Below, piece after piece: positions 11,642-22,156 of a stretch of DNA of 64,000 bases. Source of the DNA: Pseudovirgaria hyperparasitica (lineage: Eukaryota); the NCBI GenBank assembly GCA_010093815.1, contig ML996567.1. One strand, given 5' to 3'. Both the position numbers and the translations under genes were made by a program. The notes beneath the pieces are model-generated. The model saw nothing but the letters and a program-made list of their open reading frames with translations, was not told where the DNA came from and made no database searches. Numbering within the stretch: the stretch's first letter is position 1; each line of letters starts with the position of its first letter.

Positions 11642-14148
11642 ATGTCTGGCCCTCCTCCTGGGCCAGGTGCACCTGGTTCACGGAGTGTTAGTGTCAACAA
11701 TGGTCCTCCCAGTGCTGGTATGGCGCCTCAGCAACCAATGCCTCCGCAACAGGCGACAACTCCAGCAGCGGCCGCGGCACAGTCCCAGTCGCAGCAAAAT
11801 CTCAATCAAATTGTACGTTCCACCAATGTGGCTCCTCACTGGAGCATGGCGAAGACGCTTGTGTCTCCTTATCGGCGTTCGTTCAAACCGTCCGATATCC
11901 CATCCTTTTCGCGTCCTCCGCCTCTAGCCTTTCCTCGCCTTCAGCCGCCTCTGCGACTGCGAGCTTCGCCGATGCAGGCTCCACCGGGGCAAGGGCGGAC
12001 TCATGATGATGAGTTTACACCCTATCGTGCTTTTCTTTTGGTCGAGATTCTTTTGTCATCAAAACGATTCCCCATACAGGCTAACATAATATAGGTATTG
12101 GAATATCTAAACAAGAAGGGCTATAACAGGACTGAAGCTATGCTCAGAAAGGAGTCTTCACAGTTAGATTCTAATCGCGCTCCAGTCGATGAAAGCGGCT
12201 TCGCTAAATTTCAGCGTTCCTATGAACTGCTTCGGACTTGGATCGATGGAAACATTGATCTGTACCAGCCTGAGCTAAGAAAGCTGCTATGGCCAATTTT
12301 CGTGTATTCATTTCTTCAGCTCGCCGCCGACTTCTATCAGGATGATAGCAAGAAGTATTTCGCACTGTACAAAGACTCCTTTATGCGGGATCACCCAGAC
12401 GATGTCCGTCAACTCGAGGCAATCAGGAATCCTGAACATGTTAGCGAGAATCAGACAGCCAAGTTATATCGTAACAACAAGTACCGACTGTCGTTGACGA
12501 ACATGGCTTTCAGCAGCTTACTTCAGTTCCTAGAGTCCAAGGAGCGAGAAGGTGGCAGCGTCCTGCTCATGATTCTTCAAAATCACATGAACATCGTAAC
12601 TTTCGAGCGTTCAGCAGCGGGACCTGAACGGACTATTCAAGCAATTAGATTTGGCACAGGCCACGACGATGATCTACCAGGCGAGGATGAGGGTATTCCT
12701 GGTCATGCACCTGGATCTGCAAATACGGGAAGGGAGTCGACTATCCTGGCTAAGCTGCAATTGGCACAGATGCCTATGGAGCCTGAACTGCAAGAAGATG
12801 TACGAGCTCAACTTGAGGAAGAAGATGCTAGAAACCCTCCAAAACCTGGTCAGAACTCTTTGGTAGATGAATTTGAACAGCGTATCAAGACAGAGCCCGA
12901 AGACGATGTTCCAAATCGTGATTTGGTACCGCTTCCGCCATCTGTAGCACGCGATGTGAACATGGAGGTACAGAAGGTCATTGAACATAGAGACCGATTC
13001 CGCATATCAGGCCGAACTGGAGGCGTGGGTCCAGGCATTAGTGTGACTATGTTCACGTTCCACAACACATTTGACAAGTAAGTTCTTTTCCGTCATGCTA
13101 CTTCGGTGCACTGACCACGTGTATTAGCGTCAATTGTATGGACTTCTCCGGAGACAATACACTGGTTGCGGTTGGCACAGCTGAGTCGTATATCCGAGTA
13201 TGGTCAATGGATGGCACCGCTTTACCAGATACGCCTGGTGTTAACAATTCTACACCTTCATCATCCAAGCGTCTATATGGGCATTCTGGTCCGGTATATG
13301 CTGTCTCATTCTCGCCATCAACTGCTTCTCCTGACCCGGCAGGGCCTTCCACTAGCTCAAGATATCTCCTCTCGTCCTCAGCCGACAAATCGATCCGCTT
13401 GTGGTCATTAGAGACCTGGTCAAACGTGGTCGTCTACAAGAGTCATGATGCGCCCGTGTGGGACGTCAAATGGGGTCCTTATGGCCATTATTTCCTCACC
13501 GGCTCTGCGGACTGGACCGCTCGACTATGGTCAACCGATCACGTGGAACCTCACAAAATCTATGTAGGCCATGACAACGATGTTGACTGCGTTGCCTTTC
13601 ATCCCAATAACCTCTATGTATTTACTGCATCGTGCGACAAGACCGTGCGTATGTGGCATATTAGTAGCGGTAGCTGTCTCCGACTTTTCACTGGCCATAC
13701 AAGTGCAATTACCGCTATAGCTTGCTCCCCTGATGGCAAAGTACTCGCAACAGCAGATGACACCGGCTCCATCATTCTCTGGGATCTGGCCAAAGGCCGC
13801 CGGAAGAAACGCATGCGAGGCCATGCAAAAGGCGGTATCTGGAGTCTTTCCTGGAGCGTGGAGAGCACCGTGCTGGTATCGGGTGGTGCCGATGGAACAG
13901 TCCGTGTGTGGGACGCTGTTCAAGAAACTATTGACGGCAAGATCGTCGCTGAAGGTGGTGCTGGCACAAAAATCGATGGTGCTGCGGGAGCTGCTGGCAC
14001 GACGGCTGGGAAGAAGACAAAAACGCCCAAGGAGACTGTCGTGTCGGCGGATCAGATCAGTGCGTTCCCGACGAAGAAGAGTCCGGTGTATCATGTACAG
14101 TTTACGCGCATGAATCTGGTCCTGGCGGGTGGTGCTTACATGCCGTAG
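11642..14148 (+). CDS. TAF5: TFIID/SAGA subunit TAF5 (LisH, NTD2, WD40 repeats)
   Basis: NLNQI|VLEYLNKKGYNRTEAMLRKE across intron 11813-12094, LLWPIFVYSFL, MFTFHNT, intron 13078-13127, WD40 repeats and the C-terminal AFPTKKSPVY.V.FTRMNL. Confidence 0.96.
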
Positions 14149-14900
14149 ACGGCGGTTTGCATCATCTTGACCTCGGCGCATGTGAGGGCTCTGGAAAATG
14201 GCGTTGGTGGCGTATGGAGAGAGATATCAGGACCATCGGCTGGCTAGCCTTGACATGTATAGTGCTCATAAAATTAACGTCGCGATTGCTTATTTGAATT
14301 CGCCTTCTACTGTTCAGCAACCGTTCTCGGGTCCTTGACCCTCTGGTCATTCTCAGTATCGTGACATTTTGACTTGAAATGTTGCACTCGTGCACCAACA
14401 ATCACGCGACGGCCACAGTCTGATTAGCCGTTGCAAATCAAAAGCATGAGTTCGACTGTTCGACTCCTACTTTACTGTCAAATACCGCACGTCTAGCCAG
14501 TACTTAATATTTCGAACACGGTTGGTCGAGGGTTTCTCGATTCAGTAATTTGATCACTCCGGCACACGTCGTCGCGCCTGTATGCGATACACAACATAGT
14601 CAATCACGCAAGATCTATAAGTAATACCGATCAGCTCTAACGATGGTCTACACATGCATTACTTTAAATATGTCTGTTCATAGGGTTATGTGTATGCGTG
14701 AATAGAAGAGCTGATGTTGTGTTGCATTCGTTGTTTGCCACATACCTGGGCTTATCCCTTGTCCGGTAGGCTTTAATACGTACGATTAAGTAGCTAAGAC
14801 CATGAAGCACTGTATTAGAACGGTCGTTTGTGGACTTCGAAGTTTGCTACATAGCCATCTGTGGATAGATCAGAATCCCCAAGTACAGCAATTTTCTACG

Positions 14901-15978
14901 TTAACTCCCCTTCAGCGGCTCAACCCACAAAAAATCCTCTGGGTACCTATGGCGAAACAAAGCGGACTCCGTGCCCAAGTACAGCTCCTCATAATGCGAT
15001 GTATTACAGCACGGGTGGAGACGCCCGTACTGCTCGTTGAGCAGTCTCTGGCCAAGTTCAGTACCTGTGGAAAGATACAATAACAGAGGGCTGAGATTGG
15101 GGAACAGCGCTATGTATGTACGATTGAGTGTTCCTGAAGCACACAGCGAGTCATGCATCTGCTCCCATTTGCTCCGGGGACCAGGGGGCATATCAGGGGC
15201 GACGCTCGTGTGTACTGCGTCAAGATCTAGCAGTAGTGAATTAGGGTCATATTCTATGATGATAGTACAATTGCTACTACTTACACTGGAGAACACTCAT
15301 TGTGTAGGCCGATGCGAGATACATAATGCTAAAAAGCCTCCTACGCGCCTCGTCTCGCCATTGGGGGACAGAGTCATCAAAGTGCGTTCGAACAAATTCC
15401 CAGTGGTATAATTTCAACCCATTGGTAATGCGGTGAATGTGATGTAACAGGCCAGGATGAAGCTCTTTCAAGAAAGACCTATCTGTGCTGTTTGTCTCGC
15501 TATTTGCATAAATGGATGAGTCTTGTGCTTCTGTAGAGATGTACCTCGATTTTTTAGGATTTGTTTTCTTGTACCATCGCTCCAGGTTCAATAGATAAGC
15601 TGGGATGCTCTCGAGGGTATTGTGAAGATCACGAATTGTCTGGCCGAGCTGGCTGTCTTGGAGGGGCCACCGCAAATCATAATATATCGGCGAGACAGTG
15701 TGCCCTGCACGCTCGGTGTTGTAGATGTGTGGAGCTTTGCCGCTAATTAAGTCGGCATATGTGACATTCCAGGCAAAGAACGGTCCCTTGTGTGGCCTTT
15801 TCCGCTTATTATGCGCATGGATGATAGAGTGGTGATTGCGGTTTGTCCTTGAAGAGCATGTGTCCTTGAGTGCTACCTGAGCCATTTCTGGCGTCAATTC
15901 TGCTATGAATCGTGGTCTCGAATAATAGGACTGTCGAAGCGTAGCAGCGTTATTTGGATGTGCATGTGCCAATCTCAA
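14901..15978 (-). CDS. Hypothetical (orphan) spliced protein
   Basis: ORFs 15277-15978 and 14901-15296 are joined in frame by a canonical 58-nt intron (15284-15227; GTAAGT...CCTAAT...CTAG). A second in-frame intron near 15063-15121 is possible. No domain recognised and the start codon is uncertain. Confidence 0.5.
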
Positions 15979-16465
15979 GTAATGAAAAGCGAGAGTGTAT
16001 TCATATGTATGTTAACGATGCTTTGATTGATATAGAAGTGCCTGAGCGAGTGCCTGTAAGTCCGACAAAACTGAGGAGTGGACCGATAGTGAGAGTCACT
16101 GTTCACAGGGCAAAGAACAAGAGCTGTATGTCTTGGCGTGCTTGTGGTGCCCCGGGCCTGAGTTACTTAGCAAAGTAACACGCCTTACAACGGAAGTCAC
16201 TACTGTCTCCTAAACCTTTGACCTAAACAAACGATTTACTTCTTTGCTGACAGGCATGAAAGCCCTGAATTGCTAGAATATGTGAGGTTAGCTCCATCAT
16301 ACCGCACCAGTACATTGAAGACTAGACCAAAGGATCGCAAAGAAGATTTGTTCTGTCGAGCACAGTACGTGGTTTGTCCCGGTTAGATGATAACATACCG
16401 CATCGGCGTATCATATTGTAATAATATAATACCTCAACGTATCATACAGCCACTACTAAACCTCT

Positions 16466-18368
16466 CTAGAACAGCCTACATACATCTAATTTGGCCACAC
16501 TCGGGTCATGGTCACTGATTTGCGCATCTCTCTTCTCCCATGTGTTGATATGGATGTGCTCATATTTAACACGTCCAAGATACTTCTTTGCAGCCAGCGC
16601 CGGGCTCACGAATATATGATCCAGTTGCTGGCAATTCATATCAAAGAGATACGTATACCGCTCCTCAGGCACCAAACCGGCGATTTCATCCAAGTCTTGC
16701 ATGGACGACTGCTGCTGAAACACTTTCAGTGGGTTTGCGAAGACGAATTCGTTAAAGTCGCCCGCGGTAACGATCGAGGACGTAGGATCCTTGGAGAGTA
16801 TTTGGCGAATGAATGTCGCGGTGATATTTGCTTGTTGTGTGCGCACGTCAAGGACGCCATTGATTGGTGGCCGCGAGTCGCCTTCGATAGAATAGAAGAT
16901 GAGCCGCCTTTGGATGCGAAGTGGACGTTGATGGTGAAAAACTTATTGCGCCCGTCGAGAGTTTCCCATGCCGCAGCCAGGGGTTTGCGAGATGCTTGCC
17001 AGGCTGGGTTTGTAGGGTCGATGCGGCCGGGGTTGTACTTGAGCTCTGGACCGGCAAGGACTTCGTTCGCGTCTGTTGAGCTTCCAGGGTTCACTTTGCG
17101 GAGGCGGAGGACTGCTGGGTCGTATAAGTATGCGGTACGAATATTGCCACCGGGCTCGCCACCGTCTTGGTCGTCTACTGGGTCAATGTCGACATAAGAG
17201 TAACTGACGCCTGAGATGCTATTGATAGCAGAAGCGAGGCTGGCGAGGGTCAAGTTTGCATCAACAATGGCATCATTGGTTGCTCCATTGTTGTCTTGTA
17301 TCTCTTGGAGAAAGACGAGTGATGGAGATTTCATGACGTTGGCGATGTGAGAAGCGATTGCAGGCAGAATTGACTTTGTTGGCGTAAGGTTCTCAACATT
17401 GTACGATCCGAAGGTCAGATCCTTACAAGTCTTGCCAGAAGTCAAGGTCGTAGAGGATGGAAGAGTGGGAGCAGCAGAGCTGGTGACGACAATGCCAGTT
17501 AATGGCAGGATGCGATAAAAGCCGAAGGCATAAGTAATGACACCGGTGATATCCTGGAGAGAATCACCAAGCTTAGTGCCGGCAGAATTGTTTGTCCCAT
17601 CAAGAGGAGTGCCTATAATAATGGCCTCAGGATTCCCGTCTGTACGCTGTCAGCCTCACGTAACGTGTGAATGATAGTTATGTTGCCTTTGTTCGTCATC
17701 GTCAGTCCGCCTCTAGAATTCCTGCCTGATACTTTCCAATCGCCAGTGACCCAAGTGTCACCAAAATTATTCGGTTTACTGATGGCTTTCACGCCTTTCA
17801 CGGTCACGAGCTCTCCTGACAAGCTCTCCCAGAAGTCCAGACCAAAATCACCAGGTCTTAACAAAGGGTTCGCAATGGAGATTTGACTAGAATTGTTGGG
17901 CACTCCAAAGATATCTCCGTTGTCAAGCCCAGAGTACTGCTGAGTCGGTGGTGAGCCAGTATCCTTGCCAATCACTAAAGGAGCGACTGTGGTCCCCGAA
18001 GACAGCTTGGTCACGTTACGCGGGCTGGTGAGCTCGGTCAGAAGCATGTACGTCGGATTCGCCACCGGACGGTATTCTGTAATGACGCCGCCGAGATTGA
18101 CAATGTCGCCAACTGACAAATTCCGTCCTATGGTGCTGCTAAATACGTGGAGTGATTCTGAAGTGGCGACATCGTTGTCCGGTGTGGTTGACCGGATATA
18201 TATGCCGGCAGGACTCTTTGCAGTGACAAGACCAGTTACGTTCGAAACCGCCTGTCCAGCATACGGTGAAAGGAACCTGTTGCCATTGATCTCAGCTATC
18301 GTGAGTGCTAAGCCAAGGTTAGACAAGGACAAAACCGCTATGCCATCGGTAACGGCGGAGAGCTTCAT
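16466..18368 (-). pseudogene. Secreted endonuclease/exonuclease/phosphatase (EEP) family nuclease with N-terminal OB-fold-like region, frameshifted
   Basis: Signal peptide, IAEING..FLSPY, YNVENL, LQEIQDN, GGEPGGNIR, NVHF.SKGG, GDFNE, LDHIFVS, SDHDP. Intron 17686-17640. A tandem ATAGA duplication at 16887-16896 shifts the frame before GDFNE/SDH. It could also be an assembly error. Confidence 0.8.
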
Positions 18369-18796
18369 TCTGTTGTCGTAAAAGGCCAGTAATTCGAGAC
18401 CGGCGCTGACTATGGGGGAACTGGATGGATATGGGCGTATTTAAAACATCAACCCGGGGAGAAATCATTGTCGGCAATCGCCCGTCCACTGGTGCATCTA
18501 CAGATGTCGAGGATCCGAAGCTTGGCTTGATTGCAGAATGATGTAGCCAATCAGTCAACCACGTTGCGCGATTCAGCATTCGTGCCTGATGATGTGCCTG
18601 GTTGTGGTGCCGAGCCAGGAACGCCTCGGACTGCTCAATTAGGCGTTCCAGTCCGTTTCAGGCAGGAGCCAAGCCTCAGGCTACACATTCACGTATGCAT
18701 CTGTTCAGGATCCCTCTCGTGATTATGCATTTGAGAGGAGATCTCCTGGAATAGACCTTCAAGGTTGTAGATACGTGCAATTTTCAATTGCGCCAA

Positions 18797-21073
18797 TCAA
18801 CCAAATTCTCGACTGCGGACTCTGCCGAGCGCACCACCACGTATCCCATCCATGTTGTTAAAGCCTTTTCGGTTTGTTAGACCATTCATCACTTTCCGAC
18901 CGTTCCAAGCTGCGTTGATCTTGACTCTGTCTTCTGGTTTCTCCTCCATAAGTTTGCTCCACAGCTCACGAATGCCTGCTCTGCGCGCGGGTAGCATAGA
19001 GTATTGCAAAGAATAGAGGTTTTTACGATGGATAGGAGGCACAAATCGGCCTGTGACAAGGCACAGAAACACTCCTGGTGATAAATAATGCTTCCTGATC
19101 CGATTTCCCAACGCAAAATACTCGTGGAACATGGCGTTCAACGGCAGTGGTACGGATCGCAGATTAATGTGAGACGTACTTGAGCCCGAATCCATTGATG
19201 TAGGCCTGTATGTGCGCAGAGTCGGCTGCAGGTCAAATCTAATACCACCTGAGATAATCGACATTAGCAGTGCCTAGACTTGATAACGAGCGTCTTCTTA
19301 CCTGGTAGCCTCCTTGAATCTTTGATGCGTAACATCAAAGCGAACAGTGGGAAATGATTCAAACACGCAAGCAGGGTATCCAAACCAGCCTTCACAGAAA
19401 TGATGGCCATGCGCGCAGAAGCAAATGTCAAATAGAAGACAAACACTGTAGGAAGTAGGAAGAACAGAAGCGTGAATAGTATCGTTCCCAGCAACAGCTG
19501 GTCAAGTTCGTAGTCGCATGAATCTATACGATTTCGCAAAACATTACGCTTCTTTCCCCGGAACAGATGAAAAAGTGAAATTATTATCGTCAGCTGCCAA
19601 TTGAAAATTCTTGCTGACGCGACGTAAAAAGAGTAGATATGCAGTGTGAGAAGAGAAACCAGATCCGCGAACAGCGATATCGGCATCGTGGCGCCAGCAA
19701 AACTCGAAAAGCCGATGAAGCGAATAATTCCAGGGAGTGCGGGTCGGAGCATTGACATTGCTCCAGCCCAGTGATCAATAACCCACAGGAAAAGGTCACC
19801 CAGGAAAGCGGCGAGCTCGGTGTTGAGCTTCAGCCCTCCAGGCCATTCCATCAGCCATGATATCATCCGCCGCAGGCCTTCTACGGACCATGTATTGAAT
19901 ACCATATCCATCTGGGAGGCTACAAGGACGGCATTTTCAATGATGTAAGAGCCAAGTGCAATACCGATGATGACGTCGTTAGCAACAAGCCACAGGCTAT
20001 TGTAGAACCGGATATACTCAGGATGGTTGTTGGTGATACTCTCCCAGTTGGCCTTTCGCTTGCGTATTGTGAGGTACTGAATAGGCCAATAGCAAAACTG
20101 TTGGAGACGGATATCCACTTGTTGCGCAGTCGCCGAGATATCTTTCAGAGCGGCAGCTTCGTCAGACACTCTCCAGTCCAGGATGCGCAACACAAGCTCT
20201 CCGAATACCCTGTGCAGCATCAAACATAGGATAAATATATGAGCTGCGACCGGGTATATGTACATCGTCCATAAATATTGTAGGACGAGATGTATGTAGT
20301 CCCACAGGTCAGTCGCTGATTCCACGACTTTTTCACTGACACTCAGCGCACGCTTTGCTCGGACTCCCACAAGCCCTATATTTCTCTGCAACAATGCTGC
20401 AAGCTCAAAAGAGCAGTTGATCTGGTCGATTATGTGAGGTAGTGAGAGTTCCTTCCGGGTAGGTGGATGACTTGTTACTGTGTGAAGTTTCAGCTTTTGC
20501 ACAAGTGCCATTTTCCTCTCTCTCTCGAGCTCTTCTGCTGCCTCGATGTCGCCCAGTGGTGTCCCCTGGCCGGACCGCTCTGGTTTATCGTCGAGCGCCA
20601 AGGTCATTGGCGTCAAAGACATATACTGCATACGCGTCGAGTGTGGACGGTCGAAAATGATTATCTGTATAGTTAGACCGTTCTCGGGGCAAAACAATCG
20701 TGGTCGCTTGGTATTGGGCTCCGTGTAGACTATAATGCAGGTGATATCGAACCTAGTCGGTGCCTGGATGGGATTCAGCAGTCCTAACACTTGTAATGGA
20801 GATCCACCACAACGATCGAAAATTTGGCTGATTGGATGTGGCGCATTACGGTATAAGGTTCCCACTTGCAGCGCATTGTTCACGCTTCTGAGCTGTCGCA
20901 TCGTCAGTCACGACTTTGACCTCTAACAATTATCATACCTCGACGTCGAGCATAACGCAGACAACGAAGAAGTCGAGCTCTGAGTTTTTCCAACCCAAGA
21001 GGACTCCATTCTGCGAGGCATGATGTGTGCCAGAGGGCCAAAAGATGCGCATCAAGCCATTGGTCACAACCAT
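18797..21073 (-). CDS. GPI1: GPI-GlcNAc transferase subunit Gpi1 (PIG-Q)
   Basis: Exon 1 (21073-20939) MVVTNGLMRIFWP...GVLLGWKNS. Introns 20938-20893 and 19301-19249. Motifs YNSLWLVANDVIIG, WLMEWPGGLKLN, SLFHLFRGKKRNVLRNRIDSCDYELDQLLLGTILFT. Confidence 0.95.
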
Positions 21074-21090
21074 ATCATCTTCCGATGTTC

Positions 21091-21479
21091 TCAGAAAGAT
21101 CCCCGCCGCTTAAGTTGTTCACGAGCAGAAATTCCGCCGCCAGCTGTTCGCGGGTGCTATCAAAGTAATGAGCTTCTTCCCAATCTATACAACGGTGTAT
21201 GGGCTATTAACCAGACGTGCTTCCTGCAGTGCAATTCTTTCAAGAGGTACAATGAGTAGCAGGAAGAATACAGAAAGTATGCCAAATCCCTTCGCAGTTC
21301 GTGTCTATTTCAGAATATATTAGTTTTAGGTACAGACGGGAAGCTAATCGGTCACTCACAACTACACCGTGATCCCACGCGAATATCGCAAGCTCATACA
21401 GCCGTGTCACCAGGTCCCACCGCGCCGTTATATAGCCAGCAACGAATATGCCTAACGTGATTCCGGAAAACGGGTGCAT
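21091..21479 (-). CDS. Small (92 aa) hydrophobic membrane protein directly upstream of GPI1
   Basis: Exons 21479-21360, 21304-21212 and 21156-21091, with two 55-nt phase-0 introns (GTGAGT..TAG; GTTAAT..TAG). Product: MHPFSGITLGIFVAGYITARWDLVTRLYELAIFAWDHGVV|TRTAKGFGILSVFFLLLIVPLERIALQEARL|HPRTAGGGISAREQLKRRGSF*. Confidence 0.8.
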
Positions 21480-21715
21480 AGATTGGCGATGACTCGGCAC
21501 ACATGCCAATGCGCTGGTCGAAAGATTTTGCGAACGATTGGCGACCCGATCGACGACTCGAGAGAACGAGCGATGCACAGACTGTAGTGGCCGCTAAGTT
21601 GTCGAAAGGATGTCGTCCGATGCAGTCATTGCTCATGTTTGAATTATCTGGCGCGAGGAGAAGCGTCGTTTGAAGTTGGAGATCTGCAAGCGGGCTGTCC
21701 CGCGTTAGCTCCGCT

Positions 21716-21725
21716 ATCACGTGAC
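21716..21725. promoter_or_regulatory. Cbf1/bHLH-type E-box ATCACGTGAC in the divergent promoter of the small-ORF/GPI1 unit and the nucleoporin gene
   Basis: Matches RTCACGTG on both strands. The same core occurs at 8471 and at 36070 (upstream of APC2). Confidence 0.35.
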
Positions 21726-22156
21726 CCGCTCAATCAAGTCACTCAACAAAAGATTGCATATCTCGAGGAAAAAAGTTCAACGGAACGTGTAAAGCACGAG
21801 TAATTATTGCTCAACGAGGCAGTATCCAGCCTGTACGTAAAGCCATCTCTTATGATATATTCAAAGTCTCTCCAGGTGAATTGAGGATGGAGCGGAGGTG
21901 AATTTTTACCTTAAGAAGCTTAGCAGAGGCTTTAGATCCACGTCTAGCGCACCGACGCGACGCGGCTCATTCGCATCCTTGCTTGACCTTGCATCACATT
22001 ATATATCCACCACCATCCGTCGTGTCAATCGAAGTTTCATCGCGACACCTAACGATATCTTGCAACCCTCAGACACAAAACTCTGGTCGACGAGGAAAGA
22101 CACACATAAAATAACATCTCAGATCTAGCTCGAAGCTAAACCACCTGCAAGACATC

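Noticed and set aside
21480..21578. In-frame upstream ATG extending the micro-protein by 33 aa
   Set aside because: The extension looks UTR-like and the hydrophobic, protein-like part starts at MHPF (21479). It cannot be excluded without 5' end data.
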